Shown: positions 26,661-35,943 of the stretch, one piece after another
Position numbering within the stretch: position 1 is the first letter of the stretch
Layout: each line of letters opens with the position of its first letter
Assembly (NCBI GenBank): GCA_028700625.1
Contig: JAQVSI010000002.1
Coordinates: 3,276 to 67,275 of the forward strand
DNA length: 64,000 nucleotides
From: Candidatus Shapirobacteria bacterium
GTDB taxonomy: Bacteria; Patescibacteriota; Microgenomatia; UBA12405
Reading direction: 5' to 3'
Notes under the pieces: model-generated
Database searches by the model: none
Told to the model about the DNA's origin: nothing
Seen by the model: the letters and a program-made list of their open reading frames with translations, nothing else
Position numbers and translations under genes: made by a program

Positions 26661-27515
26661 TTGATAAACTATCTCATGACTAACATTATTTTCTTTGGTT
26701 CATCCGAACATTCTGTCATCATTCTTAAAAAACTTCTTGAAATTAAAGATTTTAATGTTTTGGCCGTTTTTACTAAACCAGACAAAGCCACTGGTCGCGC
26801 TCAAGAAATCACTAAAAATCCAGTTTCCTCTTTCGCCAACCAAAACAACCTCAAACTTATCCAAATTGAAGAATTTACTCAAGAAGTCAAATCTGAGATC
26901 CGAGATCTTAAATCTGATATCGCTTTATGTGTCGCTTTCGGTCCTCCTTATTTTGATCAAGAAATGATTGCTATTCCCAAATTTAAAATCGTTAACATCC
27001 ATCCATCACCATTACCAAAATATCGCGGTGCCACCCCCGGCCCTTGGCAAATAATCAATGGCGAAACTAAAAGCGCTGTCACTTTCTTCCAAATCGATGC
27101 TCTGCCCGACCACGGCCCCATTATTGCCCAAATTCCATTTGAAATTAGTTCACAAGAAACCGCCACCAGTTTTTATCAAAAAGCTTTTAATATTGCTTCT
27201 GATAATTTAGAAAATGTTTTAAAGTCTTATATTTCCAACCCAACCAATTTAACCACTCAAAATGATACTCAAAAAACCTATTTTCCAAAATTCAACAAAG
27301 ACAATGCCAAAATTGACTGGAACTGGGACGAAATCAAAATCAATCGCTTTATTCACGCTTTAAACCCTTGGCCAATTGCTTGGACTTTTGTTAACAATCA
27401 ACAAGGTCAAAAATTAAAAATGAAGATGTTTTCCAGAACCTTAGTCCAAATCGAAGGCAAGAAAATCACTCCTTGGTCAGAAATTTCAAAATATTATACT
27501 ATAAATAAATCCTAA
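26661..27515 (+). CDS. fmt: methionyl-tRNA formyltransferase
   Basis: Formyltransferase N-domain with IVNIHPSPLPKYRGATP. It is divergent from def and carries an in-frame heptamer repeat at 26891-26924. Confidence 0.8.
   Translation: MINYLMTNIIFFGSSEHSVIILKKLLEIKDFNVLAVFTKPDKATGRAQEITKNPVSSFANQNNLKLIQIEEFTQEVKSEIRDLKSDIALCVAFGPPYFDQEMIAIPKFKIVNIHPSPLPKYRGATPGPWQIINGETKSAVTFFQIDALPDHGPIIAQIPFEISSQETATSFYQKAFNIASDNLENVLKSYISNPTNLTTQNDTQKTYFPKFNKDNAKIDWNWDEIKINRFIHALNPWPIAWTFVNNQQGQKLKMKMFSRTLVQIEGKKITPWSEISKYYTINKS
26891..26924. repeat. ATCTGAN heptamer repeats inside fmt
   Basis: ATCTGAGATCCGAGATCTTAAATCTGATATCGCT. Confidence 0.5.
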
Positions 27516-27810
27516 CATTAGGCCAAATTTAAATTCAATTTTTAAATTTATTGGAAAATTTCACCATTAATGAATTGTCTTTTTTCTGCAAACTTCCGCC
27601 TTTTTGTAATTTATTTTTAATTATTAATTCTTAATTATTAATTTTTTAAAAATAAAATTTAACCATATAATAGGAATTATTTTCAAAAATTTGACAAAAA
27701 TTATTTCAAATTTAGTTTACAAAAAATTAAATTTTGCCGATAAATAGGATTTTATTTTTTTGACATTTTTTTTAAATCCTTTTTAATTAATTAAAGGAGG
27801 AAAACAAAAT

Positions 27811-27924
27811 ATGGCAGTCAAAAAAAAGAAAGCAGCTAAAAAAGTTGCAAAGAAAAAAGTTGTCAAAAAAGTAGCCAAGAAAAAAGCTACTAAAAAAGTC
27901 GCCAAAAAAGCTAAAAGAAAATAA
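27811..27924 (+). CDS. small Lys/Ala-rich basic protein (37 aa), histone H1-like or HU-like in composition
   Basis: Strong SD AAAGGAGG 8 nt upstream. The sequence is MAVKKKKAAKKVAKKK..., and a terminator follows 24 nt downstream. The ORF is below the track's length cutoff. Confidence 0.4.
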   Translation: MAVKKKKAAKKVAKKKVVKKVAKKKATKKVAKKAKRK

Positions 27925-27947
27925 AGGAAAAAATTTTCAAACTTAAA

Positions 27948-27974
27948 ACGGTGCTTATTTAAGTGCCGTTTTTT
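27948..27974. terminator. bidirectional terminator between the K-rich gene and rpmB
   Basis: Hairpin ACGGTGCTTA-TT-TAAGTGCCGT with A-runs and T-runs on either side. Confidence 0.55.
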
Positions 27975-28161
27975 GTTCTTCAGCTTCTTTTTTAAGTCTT
28001 TTTAAACATTTGGTACAAAAAATACCGCTAATTTTATTTTCTCCCACATCTAAAGTGACCTTTTGAATATTAGCCATAAAAGTTCTAGGTGTTCTATTTT
28101 GGGCGTGTGATCGGTTTTGACCAATCCTTGTTCCCTTGTTACATAAACTGCATGTTCTCAT
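27955..28161 (-). CDS. rpmB: 50S ribosomal protein L28
   Basis: CSLCNKGTRIGQNRSHAQNRTPRTF, the L28 zinc-ribbon-like signature. The start was set at the internal Met. Confidence 0.65.
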   Translation of the reverse strand: MRTCSLCNKGTRIGQNRSHAQNRTPRTFMANIQKVTLDVGENKISGIFCTKCLKRLKKEAEEQKTALK

Positions 28162-28199
28162 AGTAAGGTATAATATCAAAACAAACTATTTTTTGAAAT

Positions 28200-28805
28200 A
28201 TGGTAAATATAATTTCTTTAATTATCTCTGTAATTGCTCTTATTATTGCTATCACTATTCATGAATTTTCTCATGCTTTAACTGCCGATCGTCTTGGCGA
28301 TCCAACTCCCCGCTCCCAAGGTCGTCTAACCCTAAATCCCCTCCGACACCTCGATCTTGTCGGCACTATTATGATTTTTTTAGTTCATTTTGGTTGGGGA
28401 AAACCAGTCCAAATTGACCCTTATAATTTAAAAAATCCCAAAAGAGATGAGTTATTAATTTCTTTAGCTGGCCCAGCTAGCAATTTAATTTTAGCCGCTC
28501 TTTTGTCTTTAATAATTCGTTTTGTTCCATTAAATGACTTAAGTGGATTTTTAATTTACACCATAATTCAACTCAATGTTTTATTAGCTATCTTTAATTT
28601 AATCCCTATTCCACCCCTTGATGGTTCAAAAATCTTTTTAAATTTACTTCCCAATAATATTTCCACAAAATGGCAAGAAGCTTTCAATCAATATGGATTC
28701 ATTCTCCTTATTATCTTTCTTTTTCTTCCCATCATTAACGGAGAAACTTTAATTAGTGTAATTATCACCCCAATTATGAGTGTTATCTTAAATTTTCTTA
28801 TTTAG
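28200..28805 (+). CDS. M50-family (site-2 protease-like) membrane metallopeptidase
   Basis: HEFSHAL zinc motif and several TM helices. Confidence 0.6.
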   Translation: MVNIISLIISVIALIIAITIHEFSHALTADRLGDPTPRSQGRLTLNPLRHLDLVGTIMIFLVHFGWGKPVQIDPYNLKNPKRDELLISLAGPASNLILAALLSLIIRFVPLNDLSGFLIYTIIQLNVLLAIFNLIPIPPLDGSKIFLNLLPNNISTKWQEAFNQYGFILLIIFLFLPIINGETLISVIITPIMSVILNFLI

Positions 28806-29003
28806 TTCTTCGACCATTTTATCAATTTCGCCAGCAGTCAATCCATGAACCAAAGCCCCTTGCTCTAAGGTTTCCATCGAAGCTGCCATACAACCCACAC
28901 AATGAAAACCATAATCATCAGTCAAAATCGATGCCAAGTTTGGATTTTGCTCTATTAAATCTAGAATTAGAATATCTTTGTTTATTTTTGTCTTGTTTTT
29001 CAT
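28788..29003 (-). CDS. DUF1858-like small redox-associated protein
   Basis: FHCVGCMAASMETLEQGAL core. Confidence 0.4.
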   Translation of the reverse strand: MKNKTKINKDILILDLIEQNPNLASILTDDYGFHCVGCMAASMETLEQGALVHGLTAGEIDKMVEELNKKI

Positions 29004-29192
29004 TGGTCAAATTATAGCAAAAATGTTAAAATAAAGTGTCCTATCAAGAGCAGTACTTTAAGAAGGTGTTTTTTCTAACTAATCATCTTAAATGGGAAAC
29101 GCGTTTTCAAGGTTTGCACTTTGGAATAGTTTTCCACCACGTTTTTTTAGCGTGGAAAAGCCGTTATTAAAGAAAACTTTTGGTGGGACTCT

Positions 29193-30335
29193 TTATTTCA
29201 AATCTTTTTTCACTCTGTCTAAAATTATTTTTAGACTTTTTTCATTATTTTGAGCTTCCTTTTTAATTGTCTCTTTGAATTTATTTTTAAAATATTTTGG
29301 GTCATCCAAATATTGATATAAAAAATTAACCAACCTACCACTTTTTTCCCTAATCCAACCCAATTTTTTCTTTTTAATTAAATCAATATTCCCATCCTCC
29401 TGACCTCCAATATGAGTAATTGCCACAAAAGGTTTCTGACAAGCAACACAATCAAATAAAAAATTTGGACCCGCTTTTCCAAAAACAATATCACAAGCCC
29501 CAAGTACTTCAGCCATATTATCAATCCAACCCATATTTTTTATATAAACAATATCGTCTTTTCTTAGTCTTGCCAAAATCTTAATATAATTTTCCACCAT
29601 CCTATAAACAAATTTATCTGTTCCTGTATTAATCACAAAAGCCACTTTTTTCTTAATAAAAAGCAATGTTGGCAACAATTTAGTCAAAGAATTGGTTCCT
29701 AAACTACCTCCACCCACAAAAATAACCGGTCTATCATCATTAATTCCTAATTTTTTTCTCACTTCTTTTTTATTAAAGCTTTTATACATTTCAGGCCTTA
29801 CCCACCAACCAGTTTTAAAAATTTCATTTTCCTTAATATCATACTTCTTGGCAAAATTTACTCCCACTTCATCATAAACTATATTTAAGTCACACCCCTT
29901 AACAAAAGAAATTGGATTAATTGTCCAAGGATCTGCCACCACTGTCCATAATTTGAAATTTTTCTTTTCCTTTTTTCGCCAATTAACCAAACTGTGAGAG
30001 TGAAAAAAATAAGCTGAAATTATTAAATCTGGTTTTATCTTATTAATTTCTTTTTTTAATCTAGGTAAATTAAAAATAGAACTCTTATTTACCAAATCTC
30101 TAGCAAACTTTTTATCAAAAACTCGATGAGCCAATCTATTTGAGGCCGGTATATAACGATAAGCCAGTGTATATAGATCATCACCAAATCCAGTCTCTGC
30201 TTTTATCTCAGCATAAACTACTTCGTAATCATTTTCTTTTTCATTTTCTTTAAGATAATTAAAAATAGCTTTAGCTATTGATCTATGCCCCCAAGGCATA
30301 TGATCAGTTAATACAAGAATTTTTTTCTTATTCAT
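29193..30335 (-). CDS. GT28-family glycosyltransferase (MGDG synthase / UgtP-like)
   Basis: N-terminal ILVLTDHMPWGHRS and a C-terminal GT-B half. Confidence 0.55.
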   Translation of the reverse strand: MNKKKILVLTDHMPWGHRSIAKAIFNYLKENEKENDYEVVYAEIKAETGFGDDLYTLAYRYIPASNRLAHRVFDKKFARDLVNKSSIFNLPRLKKEINKIKPDLIISAYFFHSHSLVNWRKKEKKNFKLWTVVADPWTINPISFVKGCDLNIVYDEVGVNFAKKYDIKENEIFKTGWWVRPEMYKSFNKKEVRKKLGINDDRPVIFVGGGSLGTNSLTKLLPTLLFIKKKVAFVINTGTDKFVYRMVENYIKILARLRKDDIVYIKNMGWIDNMAEVLGACDIVFGKAGPNFLFDCVACQKPFVAITHIGGQEDGNIDLIKKKKLGWIREKSGRLVNFLYQYLDDPKYFKNKFKETIKKEAQNNEKSLKIILDRVKKDLK

Positions 30336-30387
30336 GCTTTTATTTTACCTTAAAATTTTAAAAGTCATCTTGATATAATAACCTGTC

Positions 30388-30463
30388 GCCTGAGTAGCTC
30401 AGTTGGTTAGAGCACCAGTTTTGTAAACTGGTTGTCGTGAGTTCAAATCCCACCTCAGGCTCA
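30388..30463 (+). tRNA. tRNA-Thr (anticodon UGU)
   Basis: A cloverleaf can be drawn by hand: acceptor GCCTGAG/CTCAGGC, anticodon loop TTTGTAA, T-loop GTTCAAATC. Confidence 0.8.
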
Positions 30464-30486
30464 TTTTTTGATAAAATACCAAACGT

Positions 30487-30559
30487 GCCCAGATAGCTCA
30501 GTTGGTAGAGCATCCCCTTGGTAAGGGGAAGGTCTTGGATTCGAGTTCCAATCTGGGCT
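30487..30559 (+). tRNA. tRNA-Thr (anticodon GGU)
   Basis: Acceptor GCCCAGA/TCTGGGC and anticodon loop TTGGTAA. Confidence 0.8.
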
Positions 30560-30593
30560 CAAAGGAGGGCATGCCCTCCGAAGCTTTAGCGAA

Positions 30594-30679
30594 GGAGGGG
30601 TGCTCCGAATGGTAAGGAACTTGTTTTGAAAACAAGCGTCAGCAATGACATGCAGGTTCAACTCCTGTCCCCTCCGCCA
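30594..30679 (+). tRNA. tRNA-Ser (anticodon UGA), type II with a long variable arm
   Basis: Acceptor GGAGGGG/CCCCTCC, anticodon loop TTTGAAA, variable arm GTCAGCAATGACATG, and an encoded CCA. Confidence 0.75.
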
Positions 30680-30700
30680 AAATATTGCTAAACTTATTTA

Positions 30701-31045
30701 GTGACCAAAATTAGAATTACAATTTATTCCATTATTTTTATTTTTCTTTTAGCAGGTCTATCTATTTGTATTTTTAGTCTTACAAAAAATAACAATAAAA
30801 ATACTTCTGAAACTTCAGAAATTACACCCAGTCCTCTAATCGAAATCACTTGGGCAGAGGCAGTAGATCTTGTTCAAAATTGTCAAATTAAATCCGTATT
30901 TCAAAAACATGATTTAACGGTCACTTTAACTGATAAAAACAATCAGGTTTTTAAAACACTTGAACCAAATATTGATGACATTTTCAACGAAACAAACCAT
31001 CTTCGATCCGATTGTAATGACACAATTCAAACCATCACTGAATAA
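30701..31045 (+). CDS. hypothetical secreted or membrane protein
   Basis: Signal/TM N-terminus with no recognised domain. Confidence 0.35.
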   Translation: MTKIRITIYSIIFIFLLAGLSICIFSLTKNNNKNTSETSEITPSPLIEITWAEAVDLVQNCQIKSVFQKHDLTVTLTDKNNQVFKTLEPNIDDIFNETNHLRSDCNDTIQTITE

Positions 31046-31117
31046 AAAAGTGATAAAATATATATAGATAAGAATTAATAGCTTTTTTAAAATTACAAGT
31101 TAAATAAGGAGATCTTT

Positions 31118-31438
31118 ATGAATATACAGATCAACGGTGTTAACTTAAAAGTTTCTGCAACAGTCAAGGCTATTATTAAAAATAATCTTGTCCGCAAGCT
31201 CGATCAGCTCTTAGTCAATTTTAATGAAGAAATAAAGACTGGCTTTGTTCACCTCGAAAAAGACAAATACAAACATTTTCATGCTAAGTTTGATATGGCT
31301 CTTCCTGGGCAAGATGGTCATCTTTTTGCCAAAAGCGAGAACATCGAATTGGTTTCCGCCATAGTTAATATAAGGGAGCAATTAGAAAAGCAAATTAAAA
31401 AATACAAGCAAGACAAGGTAAATTACAGTCTTGGATAA
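31118..31438 (+). CDS. hpf: ribosome hibernation promoting factor (RaiA/HPF family)
   Basis: MNIQI...VKAIIKNNLVRKLDQLL and HAKFDMALPGQDGHLFAKSENIELVSAI. Confidence 0.7.
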   Translation: MNIQINGVNLKVSATVKAIIKNNLVRKLDQLLVNFNEEIKTGFVHLEKDKYKHFHAKFDMALPGQDGHLFAKSENIELVSAIVNIREQLEKQIKKYKQDKVNYSLG

Positions 31439-31465
31439 ATTAAATAAACTTGATAAACTACCAAC

Positions 31466-31645
31466 ATGGCTAAATCTAAAAAAACACCTCGTATTTTAAT
31501 CGCCCTAGTTTGTTCGGTCTGTGGCGCTCAAAATTATTTAACTGAAAAAAATAAAACCAATACTCCTGACAAGCTAAAATTTGTCAAATACTGTCGTTGG
31601 TGCAAGAAAAAAACCGAGCATAAAGAATCAGCTAAATTAAAATAA
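31466..31645 (+). CDS. rpmG: 50S ribosomal protein L33
   Basis: 59 aa, MAKSKKTPRILIALVCSVCG...YCRWCKKKTEHKE with a zinc ribbon. Below the ORF track's length cutoff. Confidence 0.7.
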   Translation: MAKSKKTPRILIALVCSVCGAQNYLTEKNKTNTPDKLKFVKYCRWCKKKTEHKESAKLK

Positions 31646-31821
31646 ATAGAGTTTGTAATATAATTAGTTATGAGTCGATCATCACAAAAGCCAAAAAATG
31701 ACAATCGGTCAACAGTTATTAAAGGTTTTGTTAAACCAGAAATACCAAACTTCCCCGGAAATAAATCACCCGTAAACTTTAAACCAAACTCTCGTTTGGG
31801 AACCATCAACCGCGGTCGTCG

Positions 31822-32160
31822 TTAAGCTTTAATTATATCTCGAATCAATTTATCAATCCAATATAATTTTTGGACCCCATTTTCCAATTTAAAATAATGG
31901 AAAATATAAGGCACTAATAAAACTAAAAGTAATCCATCAATCACTAATAAAATTGGTTGCGGATAAATTAACGTAAACATCATCACTACTATAAATTTAA
32001 TTGCAAAAGCTAAAGTCACAAGTAAATGAATCAATCTTTCATGCTGTAAAAATTTTATTGTCTCTCGATGATGTTTTAAAACACTTTCCCAATTTTCTTT
32101 TTTACTACCTTCCAATTTTTGATTAATTTCGCCCAAATATTTGTTTAAAAAATTTATCAT
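31822..32160 (-). CDS. hypothetical membrane protein
   Basis: Two TM helices. Confidence 0.3.
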   Translation of the reverse strand: MINFLNKYLGEINQKLEGSKKENWESVLKHHRETIKFLQHERLIHLLVTLAFAIKFIVVMMFTLIYPQPILLVIDGLLLVLLVPYIFHYFKLENGVQKLYWIDKLIRDIIKA

Positions 32161-32162
32161 AT

Positions 32163-32666
32163 TTATTTTTTCTTGGTGTATTCTTGCACTTCATCGTGGA
32201 CAAATTCCAACTTAATCCCCACTTTTTTAAACATTTTTTCTGTTTCCTCACCAGCGTGATATTTTCTTTCACAAACCACCCTCACAATTCCACAATTAAT
32301 TAATAACATGGCACAGGTTCTACATGGGGTCATTCTACAATAAACAGTAGCTCCATCAACTGAAACTCCCAGTTTTGCTGCCTGACAAAGTGCATTTTGC
32401 TCAGCATGGACCGTTCTTACACAATGTTCTGAAACACTTCCATCTTCATTCAACATTTTTTTAAACTGGTGACCAACTTCATCACAATGATCCAAACCTT
32501 TTGGAGAACCCACATAACCAGTCACCAAAATTTGTTTGTTTCTCACAATAACACATCCACTCTTTCCCCTGTCGCAAGTAGCTCTTTTAGAAATTGCTTC
32601 CATCACTTCCATAAAATATTCATCCCAACTTGGTCTTTTATTTAATTTGGTCATAAATTTCCTCAA
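32163..32666 (-). CDS. dCMP (deoxycytidylate) deaminase
   Basis: HAEQNA and the zinc motif PCRTCA. Confidence 0.75.
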   Translation of the reverse strand: MRKFMTKLNKRPSWDEYFMEVMEAISKRATCDRGKSGCVIVRNKQILVTGYVGSPKGLDHCDEVGHQFKKMLNEDGSVSEHCVRTVHAEQNALCQAAKLGVSVDGATVYCRMTPCRTCAMLLINCGIVRVVCERKYHAGEETEKMFKKVGIKLEFVHDEVQEYTKKK

Positions 32667-33192
32667 TTTGTTGATTTAAATAATTAATATCTTTGTTATT
32701 TGTGATTGTAAAGTCCGCCATTTCTATACACTTTTTTAAATTTTGTTTATTTGGGTCATCTGATGTCATTTCCCTTTCCTCATCAGCCAAAAATTTTTCA
32801 AAAGAAATATTATCAGTTGAACTTAACCTATTAGTTATCCTTTCGTATCTAATTTTGGGATCTGCATCTACTGCCAACAAAATAAAATTACCCTTTTGTT
32901 TTAAAGATTCCACTTCTCCTTGTGTTCTTAAACTTTCGATAATACAGTCATTTCCAGATTCTAAGGCTCTTTTAAACAATTCATCAGCTACAAAACTTGG
33001 ACTATTTTTTTGTCTTAAATCATTAGCTACTGCAACCATATTGTCTCGATTATTTTCTAGACCTCTTTTTTCAATTTCTTCAACCAAAAAAGCCCTAGCT
33101 GAAAAATGTTTAAATCCTTTTTTACCAACTAAATATTCAACAATAGTTCCTTTTCCTGCTCCTATTGTTCCTGTAATGCCAATTATTATCAT
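32638..33192 (-). CDS. P-loop nucleotide kinase (CoaE or dNMP-kinase-like)
   Basis: IGITGTIGAGKGT P-loop. Confidence 0.4.
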   Translation of the reverse strand: MIIIGITGTIGAGKGTIVEYLVGKKGFKHFSARAFLVEEIEKRGLENNRDNMVAVANDLRQKNSPSFVADELFKRALESGNDCIIESLRTQGEVESLKQKGNFILLAVDADPKIRYERITNRLSSTDNISFEKFLADEEREMTSDDPNKQNLKKCIEMADFTITNNKDINYLNQQIEEIYDQIK

Positions 33193-33242
33193 TTAAACCA
33201 ATTTATCACCAAATCAGCTTCAAAACAATCTATCATTTTGTG

Positions 33243-33314
33243 CAGGCCCATGAGGATTCGAACCTCAAATGGAGATTTTGGAGATCCCAGTGATAACCAT
33301 TTCACTATGGGCCT
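33243..33314 (-). tRNA. tRNA-Trp (anticodon CCA)
   Basis: Minus-strand cloverleaf: acceptor AGGCCCA/TGGGCCT, D-stem GTGA/TCAC, anticodon loop CTCCAAA, T-arm TGAGG-TTCGAAT-CCTCA. Confidence 0.7.
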
Positions 33315-33343
33315 AAGTTTGAGATTTAATATTCTACCAAATT

Positions 33344-33754
33344 TTACTTAATTTGGCTTAAATCACCATTAATTATAATTGGACAAAAACCACCTATCTC
33401 ATCTTTTAAAATGCCTTCAGGAATCTGATTATATAAAAATATTTTTTTATTTAATCTAAAAGCATCATACATTTCCAAAAAAGTCGCTCCGCCAATATAA
33501 TTTTTGTAATCATCTTTATCAAAGTTTAAAACCAAAACCGCATCATTTTTACTAACAGAATCAACACTTTTTCTAAGCATTGTTGCTTTCCATTCAGCTC
33601 TTTCTTTTTCTCCTAAAGAACGAAAACTATCCTCAATATCAGTTTTGGGATATGTATTAGGAAAAGTTAATTTATGACCTAATTTTTCCAATTCTTTTTG
33701 AATAGGTGGAATCAAAGGATAAAATCTCTTACTACAAATTATAAAGATTTTCAT
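33344..33754 (-). CDS. hypothetical protein, possibly nucleoside 2-deoxyribosyltransferase-like
   Basis: Starts MKIFIICSKRF. The longer N-terminal extension in the ORF track overlaps tRNA-Ala and was discarded. Confidence 0.35.
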   Translation of the reverse strand: MKIFIICSKRFYPLIPPIQKELEKLGHKLTFPNTYPKTDIEDSFRSLGEKERAEWKATMLRKSVDSVSKNDAVLVLNFDKDDYKNYIGGATFLEMYDAFRLNKKIFLYNQIPEGILKDEIGGFCPIIINGDLSQIK

Positions 33755-33756
33755 AG

Positions 33757-33829
33757 TGGACCCAAGGGGACTCGAACCCCTGACCTTCCCCATGCCATGG
33801 GGACGCGCTACCAACGACGCTATGGGCCC
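33757..33829 (-). tRNA. tRNA-Ala (anticodon GGC)
   Basis: Acceptor GGGCCCA/TGGGTCC with the G3:U70 Ala identity pair, and anticodon loop ATGGCAT. Confidence 0.7.
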
Positions 33830-33880
33830 TTCAATGTTTCTTATTTTATCAAATTTTCTTTTGTGTTAACATTAGCTCGT

Positions 33881-34765
33881 ATGACCAATATAACTAAAGC
33901 CGTCATTGCCGCCGCTGGCCGAGGCACTCGTTTTCTTCCTGTTGTTAAATCTTATCCAAAAGAGCTAGTCCCTATTCTTTCTAAACCTAATATTCAATAT
34001 TTAATCGAAGAAGCCATTGGTGCTGGGATTACAGAAATTGTTATTATCCACAGATTAGGTGAAAATTCAATTGAAAAATATTTCTCTCCAGATCAAGATC
34101 TAGAAAATTATTTAATTCAAAATAATAAACTCGAATATCTCGACAGTTTAAAAAATATATGGTCCAAAGTTAAGCTAACTTTTATTCCTCAACCAGCCAA
34201 TCTTCCTTATGGTAATGGCTCCCCTGTTCTTGCCGCCAAAGAATTCATCGGTACCGACGACTTCGTTTATATGTTTGGCGACGATCTAACTGTCGAGCCT
34301 GTTGCTGGTCAATTTTTATCCAAAATGATCGCCACTTTTGCTCAATACCAACCAGCTTCAGTTATTGCTGTTAAAGATGTTGGTAAAGAAGAAATTTCTC
34401 GTTATGGTTCAGCTCAATATATTGAAGATCCAAATTACCCTCATCGAATCTCTGCGATGCTTGAAAAACTCCCAGCCAATCAAGCCCCATCAACTTTCGG
34501 TCAGGGTGGTCGTTTTGTTATTTCCAATAAGATAATTAGTATTCTAGAAAATCAATCAACCGGTCTTGGTAATGAACTTTGGTTAGCTGATGCTCAAAAC
34601 AACATGGCCAAAAACGATATTGTTCTTACTCAAGCTTTTGAAGGTGAAGAAGATTGGATGACCACCGGCGATCCTCTTCGTTGGCTTGAAGCCAATATTG
34701 CCGTCGCTCTTCAAAACCCTCAATTCAAAGACGATTTAACTCAATTTATTAACAATTTAAAATAA
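33881..34765 (+). CDS. galU: UTP--glucose-1-phosphate uridylyltransferase-like nucleotidyltransferase, paralog 1
   Basis: AAAGRGTRFLP motif. The start was set at MTNITKAV. Confidence 0.7.
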   Translation: MTNITKAVIAAAGRGTRFLPVVKSYPKELVPILSKPNIQYLIEEAIGAGITEIVIIHRLGENSIEKYFSPDQDLENYLIQNNKLEYLDSLKNIWSKVKLTFIPQPANLPYGNGSPVLAAKEFIGTDDFVYMFGDDLTVEPVAGQFLSKMIATFAQYQPASVIAVKDVGKEEISRYGSAQYIEDPNYPHRISAMLEKLPANQAPSTFGQGGRFVISNKIISILENQSTGLGNELWLADAQNNMAKNDIVLTQAFEGEEDWMTTGDPLRWLEANIAVALQNPQFKDDLTQFINNLK

Positions 34766-34773
34766 TTAAAAAA

Positions 34774-34852
34774 TCGAAATCACAATTTTTTGCAATATCG
34801 AACGTGCTACGCACATTCGCCAATTGTAAAAATTTCCGTGATGAGAATTTTT
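34774..34852. repeat. family X, copy 2, lying between the two galU paralogs
   Basis: Same architecture, with compensatory changes in the central hairpin. Confidence 0.55.
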
Positions 34853-34873
34853 AATTAAATTTAAAATAAAAAA

Positions 34874-35749
34874 ATGATTAAAAAAGCTGTAATTGCTGCC
34901 GCTGGAAGAGGAACTCGATTCTTACCAGTCGTCAAGGCCTATCCAAAAGAACTAGTCCCTATTCTTTCTAAACCTAATATTCAATATTTAATCGAAGAAG
35001 CCATTGGTGCTGGTATTACTGATATTGCCATCGTGATTCGCTCTGGTGAAACTAAAATTCAAAACTATTTTTCGGAAGATGTTAATCTAGAAAAATATCT
35101 TCTAGAAAACAACAAAATTGAGTATCTAGACAGCCTTAAATCGATTTGGTCCAAGGCTAAGCTCAGTTTCATCGTTCAACCAGAAAATCTACCCTATGGA
35201 ACTGGTTCCCCTCTTTTAGCCGCCAAAGAATTTGTCGGCTCCGATCCTTTTGTCTATATGTATGGCGATGATCTAACAATTGAACCTAATGCTGGTCAAT
35301 TTTTATCAAAAATGATCGCCACTTTTGAAAAATACCAAGCCAGTGAAGTTATTGCTGTCAAAGATGTCGGCATTGAAGAAATTAACAGATATGGCTCTGC
35401 TCAATACATAAATGATCCAAATTATCCAAACCGAATTTCTGCCATGCTTGAAAAACTACCAGCCTCAGAGGCCCCTTCAACTTTTGCCCAAGGCGGTCGT
35501 TTTGTGGTTACTTCCAAGATTTTTGCCATTTTAGAGCAACAAGGTCTTTCTCGTGACGGCGAACTTTGGTTTTCAGATGCCAGCAATACCCTAGCCAAAA
35601 CAGAAATAGTCCTAACTGAAAGTTTTAGTAAAGACGAAAATTGGATAACCACTGGCGATCCTCTCCGTTGGCTCAAAGCCAATATTACCCTCGCTCTTCA
35701 AGACCCAAACCTAAAAGACAACTTTCTTAAATATCTACAATTCCTTTAA
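34874..35749 (+). CDS. galU: UTP--glucose-1-phosphate uridylyltransferase-like nucleotidyltransferase, paralog 2
   Basis: About 70% identical to the upstream paralog. Same AAAGRGTRFLP motif. Confidence 0.7.
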   Translation: MIKKAVIAAAGRGTRFLPVVKAYPKELVPILSKPNIQYLIEEAIGAGITDIAIVIRSGETKIQNYFSEDVNLEKYLLENNKIEYLDSLKSIWSKAKLSFIVQPENLPYGTGSPLLAAKEFVGSDPFVYMYGDDLTIEPNAGQFLSKMIATFEKYQASEVIAVKDVGIEEINRYGSAQYINDPNYPNRISAMLEKLPASEAPSTFAQGGRFVVTSKIFAILEQQGLSRDGELWFSDASNTLAKTEIVLTESFSKDENWITTGDPLRWLKANITLALQDPNLKDNFLKYLQFL

Positions 35750-35750
35750 C

Positions 35751-35793
35751 TAAAACCCTCCGCCCTTCGGGCACCTCCCTTGACAGGGCGGCT
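35751..35793. repeat. hairpin family, copy F
   Basis: TAAAACCCTCCGCCCTTCGGGCACCTCCCTTGACAGGGCGGCT, immediately after the stop of the second galU paralog. Confidence 0.55.
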
Positions 35794-35907
35794 TACATAT
35801 TAAAAACATATTTTTATATAAAATATTTCTCCCTATAGTTAATTTATTATTGATACTTAGTTTTAAAAACAGCCTTGTTTGTGCCTATTTTTTACTAAAC
35901 TTACTTA

Positions 35908-35936
35908 TTGACAAGGACCTATAATAGATATATAAT
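35908..35936 (+). promoter_or_regulatory. sigma70-like promoter: TTGACA, 17-bp spacer, TATAAT
   Basis: Perfect -35 at 35908-35913, a 17-bp spacer, and a perfect -10 at 35931-35936. Confidence 0.5.
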
Positions 35937-35943
35937 GATATTA

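Noticed and set aside
30461-30661. 66-aa ORF on the minus strand
   Set aside because: It lies entirely over the tRNA-Thr and tRNA-Ser genes on the opposite strand, so it is spurious.
31534-31809. 91-aa ORF on the minus strand
   Set aside because: It is antisense to the well-supported rpmG (L33) gene and has no RBS, so it is spurious.
31670-31825. 51-aa plus-strand ORF after rpmG (MSRSSQKPKNDNRS...)
   Set aside because: No recognisable family (not L32, L34 or L36) and a weak RBS. Left uncalled, though it could be a real small protein.
32775-32800. CUGAUGAGG on the minus strand
   Set aside because: No stem II or GAAA follows in the right geometry. It is a coincidental heptamer match.
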